Source: Pseudomonas aeruginosa
Lineage (GTDB): Bacteria > Pseudomonadota > Gammaproteobacteria > Pseudomonadales > Pseudomonadaceae
Direction of reading: 5' to 3'
NCBI RefSeq assembly: GCF_001457615.1
Contig: NZ_LN831024.1
Coordinates: 720,001 to 752,000 of the forward strand
DNA length: 32,000 nucleotides
In this document: in pieces, positions 1-11,721 of the stretch
How the letters are laid out: each line of letters starts with the position of its first letter
Numbering within the stretch: position 1 is the first letter of the stretch
Made by a program: the position numbers and the translations under genes
Notes under the pieces: model-generated
The model's input: the letters and a program-made list of their open reading frames with translations, nothing else
Told to the model about the DNA's origin: nothing
Databases searched by the model: none

Positions 1-2
1 CG

Positions 3-1139
3 TTCGTCGGTACCCTGACCTTCGCCCGCGTTTACTCCGGCGTCCTGAGTTCCGGCGACTCCGTCCTGAACTCGGTGAAAGGCAAGAAAGAGCGCGTCGG
101 TCGGATGGTGCAGATGCACGCCAACCAGCGTGAAGAGATCAAGGAAGTGCGCGCAGGCGACATCGCTGCCCTGATCGGCATGAAGGACGTCACCACCGGT
201 GACACCCTGTGCTCGATCGAGAAGCCGATCATCCTCGAGCGCATGGACTTCCCCGAGCCGGTAATCTCGGTCGCTGTAGAGCCGAAGACCAAGGCTGACC
301 AGGAGAAGATGGGTATCGCCCTCGGCAAGCTGGCCCAGGAAGACCCGTCGTTCCGTGTCAAGACCGACGAAGAGTCCGGTCAGACCATCATCTCCGGCAT
401 GGGCGAGCTGCACCTGGACATCATCGTCGACCGCATGAAGCGCGAGTTCGGCGTCGAGGCCAACATCGGCAAGCCGCAGGTTGCCTACCGTGAGACCATC
501 ACCAAGGACAACGTGGAGATCGAAGGCAAGTTCGTTCGCCAGTCCGGTGGTCGCGGTCAGTTCGGTCATTGCTGGATCCGTTTCTCGGCCGCGGACGTGG
601 ACGAGAAGGGCAATATCACCGAAGGCCTGGTGTTCGAGAACGAAGTCGTGGGCGGTGTGGTTCCGAAGGAATACATCCCGGCGATCCAGAAGGGTATCGA
701 AGAGCAGATGAAGAACGGCGTCGTTGCCGGCTATCCGCTCATCGGCCTGAAGGCTACCGTTTTCGATGGTTCCTACCATGACGTCGACTCCAACGAGATG
801 GCGTTCAAGATCGCTGCTTCCATGGCGACCAAGCAGCTGGCCCAGAAGGGCGGCGGCAAGGTGCTCGAGCCGATCATGAAGGTAGAGGTAGTGACTCCTG
901 AGGACTACATGGGTGACGTGATGGGCGACCTGAACCGTCGTCGTGGTCTGATTCAGGGGATGGAGGACACGGTTTCCGGTAAGGTTATTCGTGCCGAGGT
1001 TCCGCTGGGTGAGATGTTCGGTTATGCGACCGACGTGCGTTCCATGTCCCAGGGTCGCGCGAGCTACTCCATGGAATTCTCCAAATACGCCGAAGCTCCG
1101 TCGAACATCGTCGAAGCGCTGGTTAAAAAACAAGGTTGA
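3..1139 (+). CDS. fusA: Elongation factor G, C-terminal part (5' end outside window)
   Basis: Open frame from base 3 to TGA at 1137-1139. Translation [49 protein letters not shown]...[18 protein letters not shown]...[24 protein letters not shown] is typical EF-G; it lies immediately upstream of tuf. Confidence 0.98.
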   Translation, partial: FVGTLTFARVYSGVLSSGDSVLNSVKGKKERVGRMVQMHANQREEIKEVRAGDIAALIGMKDVTTGDTLCSIEKPIILERMDFPEPVISVAVEPKTKADQEKMGIALGKLAQEDPSFRVKTDEESGQTIISGMGELHLDIIVDRMKREFGVEANIGKPQVAYRETITKDNVEIEGKFVRQSGGRGQFGHCWIRFSAADVDEKGNITEGLVFENEVVGGVVPKEYIPAIQKGIEEQMKNGVVAGYPLIGLKATVFDGSYHDVDSNEMAFKIAASMATKQLAQKGGGKVLEPIMKVEVVTPEDYMGDVMGDLNRRRGLIQGMEDTVSGKVIRAEVPLGEMFGYATDVRSMSQGRASYSMEFSKYAEAPSNIVEALVKKQG

Positions 1140-1169
1140 TTCAGCCCTTTAAGTAAGAGGTTTACTGTC

Positions 1170-2363
1170 GTGGCTAAGGAAAAATTCGAACGTAACAAAC
1201 CGCACGTCAACGTCGGCACCATCGGTCACGTTGACCATGGCAAGACCACTCTGACCGCTGCACTGACCAAGGTCTGCTCCGATACCTGGGGTGGTTCCGC
1301 TCGTGCTTTCGATCAGATCGACAACGCGCCGGAAGAAAAGGCCCGCGGTATCACCATCAACACCTCGCACGTTGAATACGATTCCGCTGTTCGTCACTAC
1401 GCCCACGTTGACTGCCCCGGTCACGCCGACTACGTGAAGAACATGATCACCGGTGCTGCCCAGATGGACGGCGCGATCCTGGTTTGCTCGGCTGCCGACG
1501 GCCCCATGCCGCAGACCCGCGAGCACATCCTGCTGTCCCGCCAGGTAGGCGTTCCCTACATCGTCGTGTTCCTGAACAAGGCCGACATGGTCGACGACGC
1601 CGAGCTGCTGGAACTGGTCGAGATGGAAGTTCGCGATCTGCTGAACACCTACGACTTCCCGGGCGACGACACTCCGATCATCATCGGTTCCGCGCTGATG
1701 GCGCTGGAAGGCAAGGATGACAACGGCATCGGCGTAAGCGCCGTGCAGAAGCTGGTAGAGACCCTGGACTCCTACATTCCGGAGCCGGTTCGTGCCATCG
1801 ACCAGCCGTTCCTGATGCCGATCGAAGACGTGTTCTCGATCTCCGGCCGCGGTACCGTGGTAACCGGTCGTGTAGAGCGCGGCATCATCAAGGTCCAGGA
1901 AGAAGTGGAAATCGTCGGCATCAAGGCGACCACCAAGACCACCTGCACCGGCGTTGAAATGTTCCGCAAGCTGCTCGACGAAGGTCGTGCTGGTGAGAAC
2001 GTTGGTATCCTGCTGCGCGGCACCAAGCGTGAAGACGTAGAGCGTGGCCAGGTACTGGCCAAGCCGGGCACCATCAAGCCGCACACCAAGTTCGAGTGCG
2101 AAGTGTACGTGCTGTCCAAGGAAGAAGGTGGTCGTCACACCCCGTTCTTCAAGGGCTACCGTCCGCAGTTCTACTTCCGTACCACCGACGTGACCGGTAA
2201 CTGCGAACTGCCGGAAGGCGTAGAGATGGTAATGCCGGGCGACAACATCAAGATGGTTGTCACCCTGATCGCTCCGATCGCCATGGAAGATGGCCTGCGC
2301 TTCGCGATCCGCGAAGGCGGCCGTACCGTTGGCGCCGGCGTGGTTGCCAAGATCATCGAGTAA
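1170..2363 (+). CDS. tufA: Elongation factor Tu, GTG start
   Basis: 397 aa; [56 protein letters not shown] and NKADMVDD G motifs. Confidence 0.98.
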   Translation: MAKEKFERNKPHVNVGTIGHVDHGKTTLTAALTKVCSDTWGGSARAFDQIDNAPEEKARGITINTSHVEYDSAVRHYAHVDCPGHADYVKNMITGAAQMDGAILVCSAADGPMPQTREHILLSRQVGVPYIVVFLNKADMVDDAELLELVEMEVRDLLNTYDFPGDDTPIIIGSALMALEGKDDNGIGVSAVQKLVETLDSYIPEPVRAIDQPFLMPIEDVFSISGRGTVVTGRVERGIIKVQEEVEIVGIKATTKTTCTGVEMFRKLLDEGRAGENVGILLRGTKREDVERGQVLAKPGTIKPHTKFECEVYVLSKEEGGRHTPFFKGYRPQFYFRTTDVTGNCELPEGVEMVMPGDNIKMVVTLIAPIAMEDGLRFAIREGGRTVGAGVVAKIIE

Positions 2364-2382
2364 TCGCTGATCCTGCCATCAG

Positions 2383-2410
2383 AAAAGGGGCCCTCCGGGG
2401 CCCCTTTTTT
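2383..2410 (+). terminator. Rho-independent terminator after tufA
   Basis: AAAA-GGGGCCC-TCCG-GGGCCCC-TTTTTT: perfect 7-bp GC stem (2387-2393 / 2398-2404) followed by six T. Confidence 0.93.
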
Positions 2411-2427
2411 CGTTCGTTGGTTAAATA

Positions 2428-2456
2428 TTGACACCCTGTGGGGGCATCCGTACAAT
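2428..2456 (+). promoter_or_regulatory. Sigma70-type promoter of the S10 operon
   Basis: TTGACA (2428-2433), 17-bp spacer, TACAAT (2451-2456), just downstream of the tufA terminator and upstream of rpsJ. Confidence 0.85.
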
Positions 2457-2513
2457 TGCGCCTCCTTTTAACGGGCGTAGTCCGTCCGTTGGGAATGGTA
2501 AATTGGAGTCTGA

Positions 2514-2831
<318 letters not shown>

Positions 2832-2913
2832 TGCCTTCGGCATTGGTCGTGTAACGCTCTGAAATGGGCGGCCATAGCGGGTGAAAGCCCCGTACACTCA
2901 AGAGGTTTACAAC

Positions 2914-3549
2914 ATGACAATTGGTGTTGTCGGTCGTAAATGCGGCATGACCCGCATTTTCACCGAGGAAGGTGTCTCTATTCCGGTTACGGTCATCGAG
3001 GTCGAGCCGAATCGCGTCACCCAGTTCAAGACTGAAGAAACCGATGGCTACCGTGCAGTGCAAGTCACCGCCGGCGAGCGTCGTGCTTCTCGCGTTACCA
3101 AAGCGCAAGCTGGTCACTTTGCCAAGGCGAATGTCGCCGCCGGTCGCGGCGTGTGGGAATTCCGTCTGGGCGAAGAGCAGTATGCCGCTGGTGACCAGAT
3201 CACTGTCGATCTGTTCCAGGCAGGCCAGATGGTAGACGTTACCGGCGAGTCCAAGGGTAAGGGCTTCGCGGGCACCATCAAGCGCTGGAACTTCCGTGGT
3301 CAGGATAACACCCACGGTAACTCCGTTTCCCACCGCGTCCCGGGTTCCATCGGCCAGTGCCAGACTCCTGGTCGAGTGTTCAAGGGCAAGAAAATGTCCG
3401 GTCATCTGGGTGCGGAGCGGGTAACCGTTCAATCCCTGGAGATCGTGCGCGTCGATGCTGAACGCAATCTGCTGCTGGTCAAGGGTGCCGTTCCCGGCGC
3501 TACCGGCGGTGATGTGATCGTGCGTCCGGCAGCCAAGGCTCGCGGTTAA
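2914..3549 (+). CDS. rplC: 50S ribosomal protein L3
   Basis: 211 aa from ATG 2914, [39 protein letters not shown]; the upstream start at 2881 in the ORF track is an extension. AGAGG precedes 2914. Confidence 0.97.
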
Positions 3550-3562
3550 GGGGGAAGCTGAG

Positions 3563-4165
3563 ATGCAATTGAATGTGAACGGCGCTCAGGCTATCGAAGT
3601 CTCCGAGCGTACCTTTGGTGGCGAATTCAACGAGACCCTGGTGCACCAGGCAGTCGTGGCCTACATGGCTGGCGGCCGTCAGGGCAGCAAGGCGCAGAAG
3701 ACTCGCTCCGAAGTCTCTGGTGGTGGCAAGAAGCCGTGGCGTCAGAAGGGCACCGGTCGTGCTCGTGCTGGCACCATCCGTAGCCCCATCTGGCGTGGGG
3801 GCGGCACCACTTTCGCCGCTAAACCGCGTAGCCACGAACAGAAGCTGAACAAGAAGATGTACCGCGCAGCACTGCGCTCCATCCTTGCCGAGCTCGTTCG
3901 TCTGGACCGTCTGGTCGTCGTTGCCGACTTCGCTGTCGATGCACCGAAAACCAAGGGCCTGGTTGCCAAGCTGGACACCCTGGGTCTGAAAGACGTGCTG
4001 ATCGTGACCGATGGTGTCGACGAGAACCTGTACCTCGCTGCGCGCAACCTGGCGCACGTCGATGTACGTGATGTCCAAGGTTCCGACCCCGTCAGCCTGA
4101 TCGCCTACGACAAGGTGCTGGTCACCGTGTCCGCCGTGAAGAAGTTCGAGGAGCTGCTGGGATGA
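3563..4165 (+). CDS. rplD: 50S ribosomal protein L4
   Basis: 200 aa, ...[49 protein letters not shown]; gene order. Confidence 0.97.
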
Positions 4166-4461
4166 ACCAGGAACGCGTATTCAAAGTGCTGCTTGGTCCG
4201 CACATCTCCGAGAAAGCCACGGGTCTCGCGGACGGCAAGAGCCAATTCGTTTTCAAGGTTGCCACCGATGCAACCAAGCTGGAAATCAAGAAGGCCGTAG
4301 AAAGCCTGTTCAGCGTGAAGGTACAGCGCGTCACTACCCTGAACGTCAAGGGTAAGACCAAGCGCACCGCTCGCGGTCTGGGCAAGCGTAACGACTGGAA
4401 AAAAGCGTACATCGCTCTCCAGCCGGGCCAAGATCTCGATTTCGCCACCAGCGCTGAGTAA
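4162..4461 (+). CDS. rplW: 50S ribosomal protein L23
   Basis: 99 aa, [50 protein letters not shown]; ATGA overlap with rplD. Confidence 0.97.
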
Positions 4462-4472
4462 AGGGGTGCATC

Positions 4473-5294
4473 ATGGCAATCGTTAAGTGCAAACCGACTT
4501 CCGCTGGTCGTCGCTTTGTCGTCAAGGTGGTGAATCAGGAGCTGCACAAAGGCGCTCCCTACGCACCGCTGCTGGAAAAGAAATCCAAGTCTGGCGGCCG
4601 TAACAACAACGGTCGTATCACCACCCGTCATATCGGTGGTGGTCACAAGCAGCACTACCGTCTGGTCGACTTCCGTCGCAACAAGGATGGCATCCCTGCC
4701 ATCGTTGAGCGCGTCGAATACGATCCGAACCGCACTGCACACATCGCTCTGCTGAAGTATGCAGACGGCGAGCGTCGCTACATCATCGCCCCCAAGGGCG
4801 TTGCTGCAGGTGACCAGCTGATCTCCGGTATCGGTGCGCCGATCAAGGCAGGCAACAGCATGCCTCTGCGCAACATCCCGGTGGGTAGCACTGTTCATGG
4901 TATCGAGCTGAAGCCGGGTAAAGGCGCTCAGATCGCTCGCTCCGCTGGCGCTTCCGCCCAGCTGGTCGCGCGTGAAGGTGCGTACGTAACCCTGCGTCTG
5001 CGCTCCGGTGAAATGCGTAAAGTCCTGGCTGAGTGCCGTGCGACCCTGGGCGAAGTCTCGAACTCCGAGCACAGCCTGCGTTCGCTGGGTAAAGCCGGTG
5101 CTACGCGCTGGCGTGGTGTTCGCCCGACCGTTCGCGGCGTGGCGATGAACCCGGTCGACCACCCGCATGGTGGTGGTGAAGGCCGTACCTCTGCTGGTCG
5201 TCATCCGGTATCGCCGTGGGGTCTTCAGACCAAGGGTAAGAAGACTCGCTCGAACAAGCGTACCGATAACATGATCGTCCGCCGCCGCAAGTAA
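4473..5294 (+). CDS. rplB: 50S ribosomal protein L2
   Basis: 273 aa, [27 protein letters not shown]...[29 protein letters not shown]. Confidence 0.98.
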
Positions 5295-5310
5295 ATAGAG
5301 GGATACCACA

Positions 5311-5586
5311 GTGCCACGTTCACTGAAAAAAGGTCCGTTTATCGATCTTCACCTGTTGAAGAAGGTCGAAGTCGCGGTGGAAAAGAACGACCGCAAGCCG
5401 ATCAAGACCTGGTCGCGTCGTTCGATGATTCTGCCGCATATGGTTGGTCTGACCATCGCCGTGCACAACGGCCGTCAACACGTACCGGTTCTCGTCAACG
5501 AGGACATGGTCGGCCACAAACTGGGCGAGTTCGCCGCTACCCGCACCTACCGCGGGCATGCTGCGGACAAGAAAGCCAAGCGTTAA
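5311..5586 (+). CDS. rpsS: 30S ribosomal protein S19, GTG start
   Basis: 91 aa, [54 protein letters not shown]. Confidence 0.97.
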
Positions 5587-5598
5587 GGGGTAAGGAAG

Positions 5599-5931
5599 AT
5601 GGAAGTAGCCGCTAAGCTGTCGGGCGCTCGTATCTCCGCCCAGAAAGCCCGCTTGGTCGCCGACCAGATCCGCGGGAAGAAGGTGGGCGAAGCGCTCAAC
5701 CTCCTGGCTTTCAGCAGTAAGAAAGCCGCCGAGATCATGAAGAAAGTGCTGGAGTCGGCCGTTGCCAACGCTGAGCACAACGAAGGCGCCGATGTGGATG
5801 ACCTGAAGGTCTCCACCGTCTTCGTCAACGAAGGTCGTTCGCTCAAGCGCATCATGCCGCGTGCCAAAGGCCGTGCTGATCGCATCGTGAAGCGGTCTTG
5901 CCATATCACGGTCAAGGTTGCGGACAAGTAA
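5599..5931 (+). CDS. rplV: 50S ribosomal protein L22
   Basis: 110 aa, [61 protein letters not shown]. Confidence 0.97.
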
Positions 5932-5943
5932 CGGAGTCGACAG

Positions 5944-6630
5944 ATGGGTCAGAAAGTACATCCCAATGGCATTCGCCTGGGTATCGTCAAGGAGCACACC
6001 TCCGTTTGGTACGCAGACCGCAAGAACTATGCGGATTACCTGTTTGCCGACCTGAAGGTGCGTGAGTACCTCCAAGACAAACTAAAAAGCGCGTCCGTAA
6101 GCCGTATCGATATTCATCGTCCGGCTCAAACCGCACGCATCACCATCCACACCGCTCGTCCCGGCATCGTGATCGGCAAGAAAGGTGAAGATGTTGAGAA
6201 ACTGCGCCAGGACCTGACCAAGCAAATGGGTGTGCCCGTGCACATCAACATCGAGGAAATCCGCAAGCCGGAACTCGATGCCATGCTGGTTGCGCAGAGC
6301 GTAGCCCAGCAGCTGGAGCGTCGCGTAATGTTCCGTCGCGCCATGAAGCGCGCCGTACAGAACGCCATGCGCATTGGTGCCAAGGGCATCAAGATTCAGG
6401 TCAGCGGTCGTCTGGGTGGGGCTGAAATCGCCCGTACCGAATGGTATCGCGAAGGTCGTGTGCCCCTGCACACCCTGCGCGCCGATATCGACTATGCCAC
6501 CTACGAAGCGCACACCACTTACGGTGTGATCGGTGTCAAGGTTTGGATCTTCAAGGGCGAGGTCATCGGTGGCCGCCAGGAAGAGCTGAAGCCGGTAGCA
6601 CCCGCTCCTCGTAAAAAAGCTGCTAGGTAA
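5944..6630 (+). CDS. rpsC: 30S ribosomal protein S3
   Basis: 228 aa, [33 protein letters not shown]... with KH-domain region [13 protein letters not shown]. Confidence 0.98.
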
Positions 6631-6641
6631 GGAGTACGCAA

Positions 6642-7055
6642 ATGCTGCAACCCAAGCGTACGAAGTTCCGCAAACAAATGACCGGCCACAACCGTGGTCT
6701 GGCTCATCGTGGTAGTAAGGTCAGCTTCGGTGAGTACGCACTGAAGGCCACTAGCCGTGGCCGCCTTACTGCTCGTCAGATCGAGTCCGCGCGTCGTGCG
6801 CTGACCCGTCACGTGAAGCGTGGTGGCAAGATCTGGATCCGCGTATTCCCTGACAAGCCTGTCACCAAGAAGCCCCTCGAAGTTCGTATGGGTAAAGGTA
6901 AGGGTGGGGTCGAGTACTGGGTAGCCCAGATCCAGCCGGGCAAGGTCCTGTACGAGATCGAGGGTGTTTCCGAAGAGCTGGCGCGTGAGGCTTTCGCCCT
7001 GGCTGCTGCAAAGCTGCCCCTCGCCACCTCCTTTGTTAAGCGGACGGTGATGTGA
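6642..7055 (+). CDS. rplP: 50S ribosomal protein L16
   Basis: 137 aa, [36 protein letters not shown]. Confidence 0.98.
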
Positions 7056-7246
7056 TGAAAGCGAATGAACTTCGTGAAAAATCCGTTGAGCAGCTGAACG
7101 AGCAACTGCTCGGCCTGCTGCGCGACCAGTTCAATCTGCGCATGCAGAAAGCAACTGGCCAGTTGGGGCAGTCTCACCTGCTCTCGCAGGTTAAGCGCGA
7201 CATCGCTCGCGTTAAAACTGTGCTCAATCAGCAAGCAGGTAAGTGA
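7055..7246 (+). CDS. rpmC: 50S ribosomal protein L29
   Basis: 63 aa, [37 protein letters not shown]; start overlaps the rplP stop (TGATG). Confidence 0.95.
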
Positions 7247-7248
7247 TC

Positions 7249-7515
7249 ATGGCTGAAGCTCAGAAAACCGTCCGTACGCTGACCGGCCGCGTCGTCAGCG
7301 ACAAAATGGACAAGACCGTCACCGTACTGATCGAGCGTCGCGTCAAGCACCCGATTTACGGCAAATACGTCAAGCGTTCGACCAAACTGCACGCACACGA
7401 CGAATCCAATCAGTGCCGCATTGGTGACCTGGTCACCATTCGCGAAACCCGTCCGCTGGCCAAGACCAAGGCCTGGACCCTGGTTGATATCGTTGAACGC
7501 GCGGTGGAAGTCTAA
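7249..7515 (+). CDS. rpsQ: 30S ribosomal protein S17
   Basis: 88 aa, [52 protein letters not shown]; start chosen at 7249 rather than 7243. Confidence 0.95.
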
Positions 7516-7538
7516 GGACTAGGGGTCGGAGAAATTAT

Positions 7539-7907
7539 ATGATTCAGACTCAATCCATGCTCGATGTCGCTGACAACAGCGGCGCGCGTCGTGTGATGTG
7601 CATCAAGGTGCTCGGCGGTTCCCACCGCCGTTACGCCGGCATCGGCGACATCATCAAGGTCACCGTCAAGGAAGCGATTCCGCGCGGCAAAGTGAAGAAG
7701 GGCCAGGTCATGACTGCCGTGGTCGTTCGCACCAAGCACGGCGTACGTCGTACCGACGGTTCCATCATCCGCTTCGACGGCAACGCCGCCGTCCTGCTGA
7801 ACAACAAGCAGGAGCCGATCGGCACCCGTATCTTTGGGCCAGTGACTCGTGAACTCCGTACCGAGAAGTTCATGAAGATCGTCTCGCTCGCCCCCGAAGT
7901 GCTGTAA
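7539..7907 (+). CDS. rplN: 50S ribosomal protein L14
   Basis: 122 aa, [55 protein letters not shown]. Confidence 0.98.
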
Positions 7908-7919
7908 GGAGTAGCCGTC

Positions 7920-8234
7920 ATGCAAAAGATTCGTCGTGACGACGAAGTAATCGTCATTGCCGGCAAGGACAAGGGCAAGCGTGGCAAGGTGCTGAAGGTT
8001 CTCGCTGACGACCGTCTGGTCGTCGGCGGGGTGAACCTGATCAAGCGCCACACCAAGCCCAATCCGATGCTCGGCCAACAGGGCGGTATCGTCGAGAAGG
8101 AGGCGCCTCTGCACGTCTCCAACGTCGCCATCTTCAATACTGAAACCAGCAAGGCTGACCGCGTTGGCTTCAAGGTAGAAGACGGTAAGAAAATTCGTGT
8201 CTTCAAGTCGACCCAGAAACCGGTTCAGGCTTGA
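7920..8234 (+). CDS. rplX: 50S ribosomal protein L24
   Basis: 104 aa, [39 protein letters not shown]; KOW motif. Confidence 0.97.
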
Positions 8235-8253
8235 GGCTGCTAGGTAGATCACC

Positions 8254-8793
8254 ATGGCACGATTGAAAGAAATTTATCGGAAGGAAATCGCGCCCAAGCT
8301 GAAAGAAGAGCTTCAGCTGGCGAACGTGATGGAAGTTCCGCGCGTTACCAAAATCACCCTGAACATGGGTCTTGGCGAGGCGGTCGGTGACAAGAAGATC
8401 ATCGAGAACGCCGTAGCCGATCTGGAAAAGATCACTGGTCAGAAGCCGGTCGTGACTTACGCTCGTAAGTCCATCGCAGGCTTCAAGATCCGTGAAGGCT
8501 GGCCGATCGGCGTCAAGGTCACCCTGCGTAGCGACCGGATGTACGAGTTCCTGGATCGTCTGCTGTCCATCTCCCTGCCGCGCGTGCGTGACTTCCGCGG
8601 CCTGAATGCCAAGTCCTTCGATGGTCGCGGCAACTACAGCATGGGCGTGAAAGAGCAGATCATCTTCCCGGAAATCGATTACGACAAGATCGATGCGCTG
8701 CGTGGCCTGGACATCACCCTGACCACCACCGCTCGTACGGATGACGAAGGTCGCGCCCTGCTGCGTGCTTTCAAATTCCCGTTCCGTAACTGA
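8254..8793 (+). CDS. rplE: 50S ribosomal protein L5
   Basis: 179 aa, [43 protein letters not shown]. Confidence 0.98.
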
Positions 8794-8806
8794 TTGGAGT
8801 AGGAAC

Positions 8807-9112
8807 ATGGCTAAAGAGAGCATGAAGAACCGCGAGCTGAAGCGTCAGCTGACGGTAGCCAAGTACGCCAAGAAGCGTGCCGAGCTGAAAGCGATCATCG
8901 CTAATCCGAACTCCTCTGCGGAAGAGCGTTGGAATGCCCAGGTCGCCCTGCAGAAGCAACCGCGTGACGCCAGCGCCAGCCGCCTGCGTAACCGTTGCCG
9001 CCTGACCGGTCGTCCGCACGGCTTCTACCGCAAGTTCGGCCTGAGCCGTAACAAGCTGCGCGAAGCCGCCATGCGCGGCGACGTACCGGGTCTGGTGAAA
9101 GCCAGCTGGTAA
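8807..9112 (+). CDS. rpsN: 30S ribosomal protein S14 (long form without zinc-binding Cys motif)
   Basis: 101 aa, [81 protein letters not shown]; start at 8807 rather than the track's 8741. Confidence 0.96.
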   Translation: MAKESMKNRELKRQLTVAKYAKKRAELKAIIANPNSSAEERWNAQVALQKQPRDASASRLRNRCRLTGRPHGFYRKFGLSRNKLREAAMRGDVPGLVKASW

Positions 9113-9120
9113 TCGCAGCG

Positions 9121-9145
9121 AACGGTGTCGCCAGTCGGCACCGTT
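9121..9145 (+). other. Hairpin 1 in rpsN-rpsH gap
   Basis: AACGGTGTCG (9121-9130) - CCAGT - CGGCACCGTT (9136-9145): 10-bp stem with one G.U in RNA. Confidence 0.6.
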
Positions 9146-9157
9146 GATCGCGACATC

Positions 9158-9190
9158 GAATCAAGCCCCTCATGGGGCTTGATTCGTTTT
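9158..9190 (+). terminator. Terminator-like or attenuator hairpin in rpsN-rpsH gap
   Basis: GAATCAAGCCCC (9158-9169) - TCAT - GGGGCTTGATTC (9174-9185): perfect 12-bp stem followed by GTTTT. Confidence 0.6.
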
Positions 9191-9207
9191 GGCGTGATCT
9201 CTAGAAT
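9179..9207 (+). promoter_or_regulatory. Candidate internal sigma70 promoter upstream of rpsH
   Basis: TTGATT (9179-9184), 17-bp spacer, TAGAAT (9202-9207); the -35 lies in the 3' arm of the hairpin. Confidence 0.5.
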
Positions 9208-9301
9208 ACCCGGCTCCCCTGAGCCTGGGTTTGTTTCGCCTGGCGTTTATGGGCGAATTGAAGTTGAAGGCTTATTCTTTTGTATCAGGAGCGTTAAGCC
9301 C

Positions 9302-9694
9302 ATGAGTATGCAGGACCCGTTAGCAGACATGCTAACTCGCATCCGTAATGCCCAGATGGCTGAAAAGACCGTCGTAAGCATGCCGTCCTCGAAACTGAAA
9401 GCGGCGGTAGCCAAAGTCCTGAAGGACGAAGGCTATATTGCGGATTTCCAGATCAGCTCGGAAGTAAAACCCCAGCTGTCCATCGAACTGAAGTACTTCG
9501 AAGGCAAGCCTGTCATCGAAGAGGTCAAGCGCATCAGCCGTCCTGGCCTGCGTCAGTACAAATCCGTTGAGCAACTGCCGAAAGTTCGTGGCGGCCTCGG
9601 TGTGTCGATCGTCTCCACCAACAAAGGTGTGATGACCGATCGTGCTGCCCGTGCTGCTGGTGTTGGCGGCGAAGTGCTCTGCACTGTGTTCTAA
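9302..9694 (+). CDS. rpsH: 30S ribosomal protein S8
   Basis: 130 aa from ATG 9302, [46 protein letters not shown]; the upstream extension from 9125 in the track is non-coding. Confidence 0.97.
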
Positions 9695-9705
9695 GGGGAA
9701 TCAGC

Positions 9706-10239
9706 ATGTCTCGCGTTGCTAAGAACCCCGTCAAGCTGCCTGCCGGCGTTGAAATCAAACTGGCTGGTCAGCAACTGTCCATCAAGGGCGCCAAAGGTGC
9801 TCTGGAGCTCAAGGTCCATCCTTCGGTCGAAGTGATCCAGGACAGCGGTGAGCTGCGTTTTGCTGCGCGTAACGGCGACCAGCAGACTCGCGCCATGGCT
9901 GGTACCACCCGTGCTCTGGTGAACAACATGGTAGTCGGCGTCAGCCAGGGCTTCGAGCGCAAGCTCCAGCTGGTCGGCGTTGGTTACAAAGCGCAGGCCA
10001 AGGGCCAAGTGCTGTCCCTGTCCCTCGGCTTCTCCCATCCGGTTGATTACGAACTGCCGGCCGGCATCGTCGCTGAGACCCCCAGCCAGACCGATATCCT
10101 GATCAAGGGTATCGACAAGCAGCTGGTCGGTCAGGTTGCTGCCGAAATTCGCGACTTCCGTCCGCCGGAGCCTTACAAAGGCAAGGGCGTGCGTTACGCC
10201 GACGAAGTCGTCCGTCGTAAAGAAGCCAAGAAGAAGTAG
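9706..10239 (+). CDS. rplF: 50S ribosomal protein L6
   Basis: 177 aa, [35 protein letters not shown]...[24 protein letters not shown]. Confidence 0.98.
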
Positions 10240-10249
10240 GGCATAGCAA

Positions 10250-10600
10250 ATGAGCGTCAAGAAAGAAACCCGTCTGCGTCGCGCTCGCAAGGCACGCCTG
10301 AAGATGCGCGAGCTGGAAACCGTACGCCTCTGCGTGTACCGCTCTTCCCAGCACATTTACGCCCAGGTCATTGCGGCCGACGGCGGCAAGGTCCTGGCCA
10401 GCGCCTCGACCCTGGACAAAGACCTGCGCGAAGGTGCCACCGGCAACATCGATGCAGCCAAGAAAGTTGGTCAACTGGTCGCCGAGCGCGCCAAAGCGGC
10501 CGGCGTCACCCAGGTGGCGTTCGATCGTTCTGGCTTCAAGTACCACGGCCGTGTGAAAGCGCTGGCTGATGCCGCTCGTGAAGGCGGACTGGAGTTCTAA
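10250..10600 (+). CDS. rplR: 50S ribosomal protein L18
   Basis: 116 aa, [54 protein letters not shown]. Confidence 0.98.
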
Positions 10601-10603
10601 GTT

Positions 10604-11104
10604 ATGGCAAACAACGAGCAAAAGCGCGACGAAGGCTACATCGAGAAGCTGGTTCAGGTTAACCGCGTCGCCAAAACCGTAAAAGGTGGCCGTATCTTCG
10701 CTTTCACCGCACTGACCGTGGTGGGTGATGGCAAGGGTCGCGTTGGTTTCGGTCGTGGCAAGGCGCGTGAAGTGCCGGCCGCCATCCAGAAAGCAATGGA
10801 AGCCGCTCGCCGCAACATGATCCAAGTCGATCTGAACGGCACCACCCTGCAGTATCCGACCAAGTCCGCCCATGGCGCCTCCAAGGTGTACATGCAGCCG
10901 GCTTCGGAAGGTACCGGCATCATCGCCGGCGGCGCCATGCGTGCCGTTCTGGAAGTGGCTGGTGTGCAGAACGTCCTGGCCAAGTGCTATGGCTCCACCA
11001 ATCCGGTGAACGTGGTTTATGCCACCTTCAAGGGCCTGAAGAACATGCAGGCTCCGGAAGCAGTAGCGGCCAAGCGTGGCAAGAGCGTCGAGGAGATTCT
11101 CTAA
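10604..11104 (+). CDS. rpsE: 30S ribosomal protein S5
   Basis: 166 aa, [58 protein letters not shown]. Confidence 0.98.
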
Positions 11105-11106
11105 CC

Positions 11107-11283
11107 ATGGCAACTGTCAAAGTCACTCTGGTCAAGAGCCTGAACGGCCGTCTGGCCAACCACAAGGCTTGCGTCAAGGGTCTCGGCCTGCGTCGCATCA
11201 ATCATACCGTCGAAGTTCAGGACACTCCTGAGAACCGCGGCATGATCAACAAGGCCTACTACCTGCTGCGTGTGGAGGGTTAA
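11107..11283 (+). CDS. rpmD: 50S ribosomal protein L30
   Basis: 58 aa, [58 protein letters not shown]; start at 11107, not 10984. Confidence 0.97.
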
Positions 11284-11286
11284 TCC

Positions 11287-11721
11287 ATGCAACTGAACGA
11301 TCTGCGTTCCGCGCCGGGTGCCCGTCGCGAAAAGCACCGTCCGGGCCGTGGCATCGGTAGCGGTCTGGGCAAGACCGGTGGCCGTGGTCACAAAGGTCTG
11401 ACCTCCCGCTCCGGTGGCAAGGTCGCTCCGGGCTTCGAGGGTGGTCAACAGCCTCTGCACCGTCGCCTGCCGAAGTTCGGCTTCGTTTCCCTGAAGGCCA
11501 TGGATCGTGCTGAAGTACGCACCTCCGAGCTGGCCAAGGTCGAAGGCGACGTCGTCAGCCTGCAGACCCTGAAGGATGCCAACCTGATCAACCAGCACGT
11601 ACAGCGCGTCAAAGTCATGCTGTCCGGCGAAGTTGGTCGTGCGGTCACCCTGAAAGGTATCGCCGCCACCAAGGGTGCGCGTGCGGCTATCGAAGCAGCT
11701 GGCGGTAAATTCGAGGACTAA
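11287..11721 (+). CDS. rplO: 50S ribosomal protein L15
   Basis: 144 aa, [44 protein letters not shown]. Confidence 0.98.

Noticed and set aside
9125-9301. N-terminal extension of the rpsH ORF
   Set aside because: The extension translates the structured intergenic region; S8 homology starts at 9302 ([11 protein letters not shown]).
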